This document shows, piece after piece, positions 19,937 to 27,367 of a stretch of DNA of 64,000 bases; within the stretch, counting starts at the first letter, position 1, and every line of letters starts with the position of its first letter. This stretch comes from an uncultured Thermotogae bacterium. Lineage in GTDB: Bacteria; Bipolaricaulota; Bipolaricaulia; UBA7950; UBA9294. The position numbers were made by a program, and so were the translations under genes. Location: contig CAZFZM010000003.1 in the NCBI GenBank assembly GCA_964523545.1, forward strand, positions 68,176 to 132,175, written 5' to 3'. Under the pieces are notes generated by a model that was given only the letters and a program-made list of their open reading frames with translations, had not been told where the DNA came from and did no database searches.

Positions 19937-21258
19937 GCCGGCGCCTCGGTCGAGCCGCCGCGCGACACCGCGAGATCGTGCAGTCGCCAAGCATCACTTG
20001 TCCGCGCCACCTCGACATCCGTCAGGAGGATCCGCTCCCCTTTCGGGATCGAGCGGACCAACCGGGCGGGCTCGGCGAGACAGATCGGCAGCCCCTCGTC
20101 CTCCTCATGCAACGACACGTTCTCGATTTGGCCGTAGCAGGCGTAGCCTCCGATCCCGTCGAGTTCTTCTCCCGCTCGGAGGTCCCTCTTGGCGTACGCG
20201 TAGACGTTCGTGCGGAAGCCGTGTTCCGGCCTGAGTAGTGAGACGCCGTCCAGGCAGGCTTCCGCGACGGATCGCATCGCTTCGACGTGGCAGATGTGGT
20301 AGGGACGATAGAAGACGTAGTCCGGGCCGGGCCCCAACTTGTAGTACTTGAGCATGCGCCGCTGGAACGGATCGTCACAGCAGCCGATCACGAACACGCC
20401 GCCCCCGGGCTCCGCGCCCAGGATGTAGTCCACGACCCCGCCCTGCGCTTTGAATGCCTCAAGATCGAACAGCGAGAGCGCTTCCTGAACGTGCGCAGCA
20501 CGCGGGCCGTGCATTCCCGGGACATCCGTCGACAGTCCGAGAGCATTCGCGACGAGAGCCATTTCGATGCTGAGTTTTGTTCCATCGGTGTAGGCCGTGG
20601 CCATCTTGTAGTCGAGGTTCCGCTTGTCGGCCTCGGGGATGATCGACGTCGGGTTCGCCTCGCGATCGAGGAAACCTTTGATGTTGCCGGCCAAGAAAGG
20701 CTCGATTCCCCAGAGTTCCACTTCGTCCCACACTCTCTTGATCACCCCGTGCTGATCGCCGTCGCAGCTTGTGTAGGTCACCCCTTGCTCATCCGCGAGA
20801 GCGGCGAGGTAGGGACCGAAAGCCAAGTCGATCTCCGCGTTCATCAGTACGAGATGCTTTCCGAAGTGTAGGGCGCTCTCCGCGAAACGCCCCGCCGCCT
20901 CGATCGAGCTCGAGGCCTCGAGGAGGACATCGACGCCCCCGGCCTCTGCGATCAGGGCTCCATCGGTGCAGACGGCAAGGAGGCCTTGCTCGATAGCAAG
21001 GGCCATCTCTTCCGGGGTCTCGACAACCTCGTAGCGCTCCTTGGCGGCCTCCGCGCAGGCGGTGGGACGGCGAAGGTCAATGTCGGCGAGTGCGCTGCAG
21101 CGGATTCCGGGGGTCACCAGTGTCTGGTAATAGAGGCCGCATCCCATCGCTCCCGCTCCAATGATCCCCACAGAAATCGGTTCCGGGAGGCTTGTCAGCC
21201 TCCGGCGCAGGTCCGTCAAGAAGCTTCTCCTTGCCTCAGCACGGACCCACTCGAGCAT
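19933..21258 (-). CDS. NAD(P)-binding dehydrogenase with C-terminal SAF domain (COG4091-like)
   Basis: VGIIGAGAMGCGL Rossmann motif. The central region is homoserine-dehydrogenase-like. The C-terminus ...IPKGERILLTDVEV is SAF-like. Confidence 0.75.
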   Translation of the reverse strand: MLEWVRAEARRSFLTDLRRRLTSLPEPISVGIIGAGAMGCGLYYQTLVTPGIRCSALADIDLRRPTACAEAAKERYEVVETPEEMALAIEQGLLAVCTDGALIAEAGGVDVLLEASSSIEAAGRFAESALHFGKHLVLMNAEIDLAFGPYLAALADEQGVTYTSCDGDQHGVIKRVWDEVELWGIEPFLAGNIKGFLDREANPTSIIPEADKRNLDYKMATAYTDGTKLSIEMALVANALGLSTDVPGMHGPRAAHVQEALSLFDLEAFKAQGGVVDYILGAEPGGGVFVIGCCDDPFQRRMLKYYKLGPGPDYVFYRPYHICHVEAMRSVAEACLDGVSLLRPEHGFRTNVYAYAKRDLRAGEELDGIGGYACYGQIENVSLHEEDEGLPICLAEPARLVRSIPKGERILLTDVEVARTSDAWRLHDLAVSRGGSTEAPA

Positions 21259-21730
21259 TCGAGCTCGGCCCGCGCGTCATCGATCGAGAGACTCTAGGCG
21301 GCGGTGCGCGGCAAGTCAACCGCCACGCGGCCCTCGGGCCTGGCTCACACCGCTCCAACCCGTCTTCGGAAGACGTTCGCGAGGAGATCTCGATCGACAC
21401 GATCCACGATATCCCAAAGGAGAGCGACGGCCACGAAGATGACGGTGAACGTGAGTACCAGCTACAACCGTACCGAGAGCTGACCGAAGTACGGTTGACG
21501 TTAGTCGTACCAGCTACCACTGTACTGAGAACTCCCTTACGAAGGTTCTTGGTATGGTGGCGCCAGGTGTTCGATGGTCTAGTTCGCACTGCTGAAGAAC
21601 GTGCCCAGAGGGAAGTCCAGCGCTCTGCGTCCCTGGAAGAGCATCGAACTAGAGTGTTCGAGAGACGTCCAGCCTGGTGAGCCAGACCGAACGGCCTTCG
21701 AACTCCTTGTGATCTTGCCCTCACAGAATC

Positions 21731-22006
21731 TCAACATCCTTCGGCTCTCGGTTGTGGCAGAGAGTTGTCGTACTCCTCCGGGCCGGATCCGGAACGACCA
21801 GGTTGCCACACTGACCTTCTGGGAGACCTTCCCCCCAAGTGCTCCCCGATTCGGATCAGAACCGTCCCCGTGAAGGCTGAGACGTGACGCCATGTCCGCG
21901 GGCGCGCTCCACCGCCCAGCGCCTCTCGCACCATTCTGAAACGCCTCGCTTCTTCAAGCAGTTCCCTCTGACGAATCTCCGCAAGCCGGTGGTCTGGCAA
22001 GAACAT
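21731..22006 (-). CDS. small hypothetical protein
   Basis: ATG at 22006 is preceded by GAGGAGG. The sequence is MFLPDHRLAEIRQRELLEEARRFRMVREALGGG...VLIRIGEHLGG. The extent of the real product is uncertain. Confidence 0.4.
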   Translation of the reverse strand: MFLPDHRLAEIRQRELLEEARRFRMVREALGGGARPRTWRHVSAFTGTVLIRIGEHLGGRSPRRSVWQPGRSGSGPEEYDNSLPQPRAEGC

Positions 22007-22030
22007 CTCAACCTCCTCTCGTGCGGTCAC

Positions 22031-22058
22031 TTGACACAGGTGTGCAACTCTCTATACT
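22031..22058 (+). promoter_or_regulatory. sigma70 promoter candidate for the CGNR gene
   Basis: TTGACA (22031-22036), 16 nt, TATACT (22053-22058), inside a patch of about 38% GC. A second candidate is TTGTCA (22094-22099), 16 nt, TATAAA (22116-22121). Confidence 0.55.
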
Positions 22059-22071
22059 GATTTTGATGGTT

Positions 22072-22100
22072 ATGATACGAGAGTCGTAGTAACTTGTCAA
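22072..22100 (-). promoter_or_regulatory. sigma70 promoter candidate for the minus-strand small protein and sugar operon
   Basis: Minus strand: TTGACA (complement of 22095-22100), 17 nt, TATCAT (complement of 22072-22077). It lies face-to-face with the plus-strand promoters. Confidence 0.5.
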
Positions 22101-22139
22101 GCTGAAATAGAGGGTTATAAAGCTGAGAGGAGCGGCGCC

Positions 22140-22745
22140 TTGGACAAGCCAAGCCGGACATTGCTCGGCCCTGTTGGCGAGGCCTTGTGCCTCGAATTCG
22201 CCAACACTGCTGAAAGCGATAAGTACCACCTAGACGACTACCACGAGCTACTCTCTTGGTGCCAGAGCAAGGGAGCACTCACACATGGGATGGCCTCCAG
22301 CCTTCGCGTCGATGCTCTGGACGACCCTGGGCGCGCCGAGCGGGCTTTTCGCAGGGCGATGGTGCTTCGCCGCGTTGTCTACGCGGTGTTCGCTGCAGTG
22401 AGCGGGAAGCTCTCGCCCAAGGCGGAGGATCTACGCTCCCTGAGCAAGGCGGCCGCGAATGCCCTCAGTCACCTTCACATAGCAGAGACTGCCACTGGCT
22501 TCCAGTGGCAGTGGGATGACACGAGGCCGCGGCTGGAATTGCCGCTGTGGATCATTGCGCGTTCGGCTGCCGACCTGCTTACCTCTACGCAGAGGGGCCG
22601 TGTGCGGCAGTGCGAGAGTGCTGACTGCACATGGCTATTCGTTGACAGGAGCAAGAACCGCTCACGCCGATGGTGCGACATGGCCGAGTGCGGAAATCGC
22701 GAGAAAGCACGACGTTCTCGCGCCCGGAAGCGAGCGGAGGGTTGA
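22140..22745 (+). CDS. CGNR zinc-finger (ABATE-domain) putative regulator
   Basis: TTG start preceded by GAGAGGAG. The C-terminus is CESADCTWLFVDRSKNRSRRWCDMAECGNREKARRSR, the CGNR zinc-finger signature. Confidence 0.85.
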   Translation: MDKPSRTLLGPVGEALCLEFANTAESDKYHLDDYHELLSWCQSKGALTHGMASSLRVDALDDPGRAERAFRRAMVLRRVVYAVFAAVSGKLSPKAEDLRSLSKAAANALSHLHIAETATGFQWQWDDTRPRLELPLWIIARSAADLLTSTQRGRVRQCESADCTWLFVDRSKNRSRRWCDMAECGNREKARRSRARKRAEG

Positions 22746-22993
22746 ATCGCCATCGTGTCGGTTTCGAATCCCTCGTCAACAGGCTTGAGGCCTCTGCTCT
22801 AGCCTTCGCATCGGAAGAAGGCTTCTGTTGCGAGAACTGGGCGATGAGATGAAGGAGCTTCGCGAAGTTCGAGTTCCAGCGCACCGGCTGGCACTCTGAT
22901 GAGCGGGTGGCCGGTCCGCAGCTTTCAGGAGAGCGTCGTTGCGAGCCAGGTCACGTATGATGGAGGAATTGTACTGCCATCAAGGAGGCCCGA

Positions 22994-24106
22994 ATGGACC
23001 ACGCGAAGCGGCGGGAGCGGCTACTTGAAGGGCGAAACATCGACGCGTTCCTGGTCTTCGATCTGGATCGGACGATGCCGTCTCAGATGGATCGGCCGAA
23101 CATGCAGTACCTCTCCGGATACGACGGCGAGGGGGCGCTGCTGATCGCCCCTGAGGAGACGGTGATCCTAACGGACTCGCGGTACCTGGAGCAGGCGGCG
23201 AAGCAGGTGCCGGAGCTTCCGCTGGTCCACGCGGAGGGGAAGTACTACGACGAGCTGGCCCAGGTCATTCGTGACCGAGGCTTGAAGCGGATCGGGTACG
23301 CGGCGTGGCGGACGACCGACTACGTCCTCCGCCGGCTGTCGGAGATTCCGAGGACGGAGTGGGTTCCGTTCGAGGACCCGGTGACCGATCTGCGTGCGGT
23401 GAAGGAAGCGGAGGAGCTGAACGCGCTTCGGGAGGCGATCCGGCTCGCGGAGGAGGCGTTGGCCCACCTGTGCGACACGGTCGAGGTCGGGACGAACGAG
23501 GTCGACGCCGCGGCGGCGCTCTCCACGAAGCTGCGCGAGCTCGGCTCGGAGCGGGTAGCGTTCGGCCCGACGGTCGCTTCGGGACCGAACTCGGCGCTGC
23601 CGCACTACCGTCCGTCGCTCAATCCGCGACCGCTCGGACGCGGCGATCTCCTCCTGATCGACTTCGGCGCGGTCGTCGGCGGCTACGTCTCCGACATCAC
23701 GCGGACGTTCGTCGTCGGCGAGGCGACGGAGAAGCAGCGCGAGATCTACGCGATCGTCCTCGGGTCGCTACAGGCGGGGATCGACGCGATCCGCGCCGGC
23801 ATTCCCGGCGACGTCCCGCACGAGGCAGCGAAGCGCGTCATCCTGAACTCACCGTACACCGAGTACGTCTTCCTCTCGCCGCTCGGCCACGGCGTGGGAC
23901 TCGAGGTGCACGAGCTGCCGAAGATGGGCCTCAACCAGGGCGAGATCCTCGAACCGGGGATGGTTGTGACCGTCGAGCCGGGGATCTACGTCCCTGGTTA
24001 CGGCGGCGTGCGGATCGAGGACACGGTTCTTGTAACGGAAACCGGCTGTGAAGTGCTGACCGGCTTCCCGAAGGCCACACTCATCGAGGTCGGCGGAGCG
24101 GGCTAG
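22994..24106 (+). CDS. M24-family Xaa-Pro aminopeptidase
   Basis: It has a creatinase-like N-domain. Pita-bread metal ligands are present: DFGAVVGGYVSDITRTF, GHGVGLEVHE, VTVEPGIY and VRIEDTV. Confidence 0.9.
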   Translation: MDHAKRRERLLEGRNIDAFLVFDLDRTMPSQMDRPNMQYLSGYDGEGALLIAPEETVILTDSRYLEQAAKQVPELPLVHAEGKYYDELAQVIRDRGLKRIGYAAWRTTDYVLRRLSEIPRTEWVPFEDPVTDLRAVKEAEELNALREAIRLAEEALAHLCDTVEVGTNEVDAAAALSTKLRELGSERVAFGPTVASGPNSALPHYRPSLNPRPLGRGDLLLIDFGAVVGGYVSDITRTFVVGEATEKQREIYAIVLGSLQAGIDAIRAGIPGDVPHEAAKRVILNSPYTEYVFLSPLGHGVGLEVHELPKMGLNQGEILEPGMVVTVEPGIYVPGYGGVRIEDTVLVTETGCEVLTGFPKATLIEVGGAG

Positions 24107-24155
24107 CCTGCAGACTTTCCTTTCGGTGTTCCTCTGTGCGCGCCCGTGAGGCCGG

Positions 24156-25031
24156 CTAGAGCCACTTGGCGACGTACGCCGCCGTCAGAGCGGTCGGCGA
24201 ACCGGAGAAGCGAATCACGCCGGTCCGGTCGATGAGGAAGGCGTGCGGGGTTCCCTTCACGCCGTACGCGGTCCGCGTCGGCCGCGAATAGTCGTGCTCG
24301 TGGACCAGGACGAACCCGTCGTACTCACTTCCCGCGAACAGCGCGGTCGCCCCCGATGGATCGTGGTCGAGCACGACGATGACGACGACCAGTCCCGAGG
24401 CCTCGTGTTGCGTCTCCAGCTCCCGGAGGTGCGGGAGCGACGCAATGCAGCCTGAGCAAGTCTGGAAGAAGAAATCGAGCACGACGACCTGTCCGAGGTA
24501 CGTCGACAGCTTGGCCACGTCGCCGTCGAGCGTCGGGAGGGCGAACTCCGGGGCCCGATCCCCGACCTGATTCCCGACCGGCGCCGAACTGGGAGCAGGC
24601 GTCCGCGACGGCGATTGGGATCCGCTTTGGCTCGCGTCGCCGCGCTGCTCCAGTTCGCGCAGGTCGATCCGCCGCGACACGATGTGGGACGCCCCGTCGT
24701 CGTCGACGACCACGAGGGAGACTTGATACTCGTCCACGCGTGGATACGTGTGCTCCACTTGGGCTCCCGAGCCGGATGTCCCGTCGCCGAACGACCACTG
24801 GTACGCGACGATCGTTCCGTCCGAATCGGCGGACGGCGTTCCATCGAAGAGGACCGTTGTGGAAGCACCTTCGCCGGTGATGTACGCGTGAAACGCGGCG
24901 ACCGGCATCGCGTTCACAGCCGCGGTCGGCGGTGGGATCGGGGGCTCGTCCGGCTGCCCCGCCGTAGGAACGGCGAGCGCAGCGAGCAGTCCGACGACGA
25001 CCAGAGCGATTCCCCATCGATGTTTCGTCAT
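24156..25031 (-). CDS. secreted PKD domain fused to a TlpA/ResA-like thiol-disulfide oxidoreductase
   Basis: Signal peptide MTKHRWGIALVVVGLLAALAVPTAG. PKD repeat FDGTPSADSDGTIVAYQWSFGDGTSGSGAQVEHTY. Thioredoxin fold with FFFQTCSGCIASLP (CxxC). Confidence 0.8.
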   Translation of the reverse strand: MTKHRWGIALVVVGLLAALAVPTAGQPDEPPIPPPTAAVNAMPVAAFHAYITGEGASTTVLFDGTPSADSDGTIVAYQWSFGDGTSGSGAQVEHTYPRVDEYQVSLVVVDDDGASHIVSRRIDLRELEQRGDASQSGSQSPSRTPAPSSAPVGNQVGDRAPEFALPTLDGDVAKLSTYLGQVVVLDFFFQTCSGCIASLPHLRELETQHEASGLVVVIVVLDHDPSGATALFAGSEYDGFVLVHEHDYSRPTRTAYGVKGTPHAFLIDRTGVIRFSGSPTALTAAYVAKWL

Positions 25032-25129
25032 GCACGGATCCCTCCACTTCCGAGGGTCATTCTACCGCATCCAGAGGGCAAGATCGGCGAATGCAAGGGC
25101 CGTCCCGTGCGGTTCCGGTGTCGAGAGGA

Positions 25130-26311
25130 CTAGCCTTCGGCGTCCTCCGGTGCCTCCGGCAGCCTCGGCGTCTTCCGGATCTCGCTCATTTCGGGAAGCT
25201 CGTCGCTCGACGCGATGAGATCCCTCATCCGATGGAGCGCGGGGAAGAGCCGGTGCTCGAGCGAGCCGACGGCCTGGTCGTACGCCTCGACGGCCCTCCC
25301 GAGGTGCGTTCCGGCGTCGCGGAACGGCTTCAGGACGTTGAGGACCCGCGCGTACAACTCGCGACCTTCGTTGGCGATCTGGCGCGCGTTCTCGGTGATC
25401 TGCTGCTGCTGCCAGCCGAACGCGACGGCGCGGAGAAGGGCGAGGAGCGTCACCGGCGAGGCGACGAGGATGTGCTGACGGATCCCGTACTCGAGCAGGT
25501 CGGGATCCTTCTCGAACGCGGCCGACAACGCCGACTCGAACGGCACGAACATCACGACGAGCTCGGGGGCCCGGTCGAACTGAGACCAGTACTGCTTCCG
25601 TGAGAGGTCCTGAATCCGCGATCGCATGGCGCGCACGTGCTCGTCGAGTTTGGTCGAACGACGGTCCCCCTCGGCCTGCATCGCGTCGAGGTAGGCGGTC
25701 GCCGAGGCCTTGGCGTCGACCGGGAGGACGCCGCCGCTCGGGAGCCGGACGATCAGGTCCGGGCGGCCCTCGTCGGTCGTCGGTTGCTCGTCGAAATCGA
25801 CGTGGGAGACCATCCCGGCGAGCTCGACGACGCGGCGGAGCTGCAGCTCGCCCCAACGGCCGCGGGCGGTTGGCGATTTCAGCGCCTGTTCGAGCGAGAC
25901 GGTCGTTCGCTGCAGCTGCGACTGCGCCTCGCCCAACGTCCGCAGTTGCTCGCCGAGCTTCCCGTACGCCCCCTCTCGCTTCGTCTCCAGGGCACGGACC
26001 TGCTGGTCCATGGTGTCGAGCTTCTGACTGAGCGGATCGACGAGCGTCTTCAGCTCCTTCTGGGCGTTGGCGAGGAACTGCTGAGAATTCGACGACAGGG
26101 ACGCGCTCGCCAGGGCGGTGAACGCCTCGCGGAGCTTCTGCTCAGCGATCTCGGTCCACTGCACCTTCTCCCGCTCGGCGCGGAGCTCCTGCTCGAGCTG
26201 GGCGTTGGCGACCCGCAAGTCCGCGGTCCGGCCCCCCTCTCGAAGGCGGAAGATCGCCCAACCGAGGACAAGACCAGCGGCGAGACCGATCACCAGGTAG
26301 ATCCACTCCAT
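25130..26311 (-). CDS. rmuC: DNA recombination protein RmuC
   Basis: N-terminal TM helix, a long coiled coil, and a C-terminal RmuC nuclease-like core (RGRWGELQLRRVVE...PVDAKA...VMFVP). Confidence 0.9.
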   Translation of the reverse strand: MEWIYLVIGLAAGLVLGWAIFRLREGGRTADLRVANAQLEQELRAEREKVQWTEIAEQKLREAFTALASASLSSNSQQFLANAQKELKTLVDPLSQKLDTMDQQVRALETKREGAYGKLGEQLRTLGEAQSQLQRTTVSLEQALKSPTARGRWGELQLRRVVELAGMVSHVDFDEQPTTDEGRPDLIVRLPSGGVLPVDAKASATAYLDAMQAEGDRRSTKLDEHVRAMRSRIQDLSRKQYWSQFDRAPELVVMFVPFESALSAAFEKDPDLLEYGIRQHILVASPVTLLALLRAVAFGWQQQQITENARQIANEGRELYARVLNVLKPFRDAGTHLGRAVEAYDQAVGSLEHRLFPALHRMRDLIASSDELPEMSEIRKTPRLPEAPEDAEG

Positions 26312-26367
26312 GCGAGGTACCTCCTCGGCAAACGCCGACCGAATGTACCGTCAAAGACCGGAGAGAC

Positions 26368-27363
26368 TCAAGCAGCGTCCGCGCTCAGATCGACGGTTCC
26401 CGTTTCGCCGGTCGTCCCGCGGAGGTAGTGCCCTCGAACGCCGTCGACGCGGAGGAGGACGTAGTCCGGATCGGACGGCCCGTCCGGCCAATCGTCGTGC
26501 CATTCGTCCAGCCAGAGCGTCCGCTCCCGCTCGGGGTCGACGACGACGTGCGCCCGACCGTGGATCGACGCATAGTTGAACCGGGTCGAATCGACGAACA
26601 GGACCGTCACGTGCGGGTCTCGCTCGATCTGCGCGACCTTACGCGACGCGCGGGACGTCGCGAACCAGAGCGCGTTCCCATCGCGGTCGACGACGCGCAT
26701 CGGGCGGGATTGCGGATAGCCGTCCTTGCAGACCGTCAGCAGGAGGGGGTAGGGAAGCGAGTCCACGATCTCCCAGAACGTTCGCAGACCGGCCGGGCTC
26801 GCCACGCTCGCGTCGAGCGCTTTCTGTACCTGGAAGACCACAGGAGCCTCGATCCCGAACTCTCGCACGACCTCGTCGACGAACTCCTCGCGGACAAGGA
26901 GGACCGGGACGACGTCCGAGGCGATGACCCTCCGAACCGCGGGCGCGTGACCGCCTCCCTCAAGCTCGAGCCGCCCGACCTCGTCGATGAAGACGACGGA
27001 CGTGTCGTCCAGCGCGGCAGATACGGCGCGGTCGGCCATGGCGAGGCATTTCTCGGAGACGAAGAAGCGACCGACGCGCACGCCCCCCGGCTCCAGCCCG
27101 GCGAACGGATGCGTGGTGTTGGTCGCGAGGTCGATCAGCGAGTACCCGATCGTCTCGTCGCTTTCGAGCTTTCGCGGCGCCAGGAAGCCGCCGACCCGGA
27201 CCTCGGATTGCCGCAAAAGGGACAGCAAGCGCAGGCCGGTGGCCGTCTTCCCGGATTCGACTCCGCCGACCAGCAGAATCGGCCGAACCGGCGCGCGACC
27301 GCCCACCTGAGCGAGGATCTGATTGAGCAAGCATTTCAGCGGCGACGTCCGGCGCGGCTCCAT
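26368..27363 (-). CDS. fusion of a P-loop NTPase (THEP1/DUF2478-like) with a PNPOx-like FMN-binding split-barrel domain
   Basis: The N-terminal half has Walker A LLVGGVESGKTATG and Walker B VVFIDEVGRLE. The C-terminal half (PMRVVDRDGNALWFATSRASRKVAQIERDPHVTVLFVD...ASIHGRAHVV) resembles general-stress-protein-26/pyridoxamine-phosphate-oxidase-like proteins. The start is 4 nt after the upstream stop. Confidence 0.7.
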   Translation of the reverse strand: MEPRRTSPLKCLLNQILAQVGGRAPVRPILLVGGVESGKTATGLRLLSLLRQSEVRVGGFLAPRKLESDETIGYSLIDLATNTTHPFAGLEPGGVRVGRFFVSEKCLAMADRAVSAALDDTSVVFIDEVGRLELEGGGHAPAVRRVIASDVVPVLLVREEFVDEVVREFGIEAPVVFQVQKALDASVASPAGLRTFWEIVDSLPYPLLLTVCKDGYPQSRPMRVVDRDGNALWFATSRASRKVAQIERDPHVTVLFVDSTRFNYASIHGRAHVVVDPERERTLWLDEWHDDWPDGPSDPDYVLLRVDGVRGHYLRGTTGETGTVDLSADAA

Positions 27364-27367
27364 CGCG

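Noticed and set aside
22896-22902. CTGATGA followed by a GCGG...CCGC hairpin, considered as a hammerhead ribozyme core.
   Set aside because: The obligatory GAAA element after stem II is missing; the sequence continues AGCTTTCAGG. No stem I/III pairing with a cleavage-site triplet can be drawn.
16711-22993. The lower-GC island considered as a prophage, integrative element or defence island.
   Set aside because: No integrase, recombinase, transposase, phage structural gene, toxin-antitoxin, restriction gene or other recognisable defence gene is present. The content is sugar-nucleotide metabolism plus a regulator.
25032-25129. TAGAAT box upstream of the PKD-thioredoxin gene, considered as a promoter.
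   Set aside because: No acceptable -35 hexamer at 16-18 nt and no extended -10 TG. The evidence is too weak to report as a feature.
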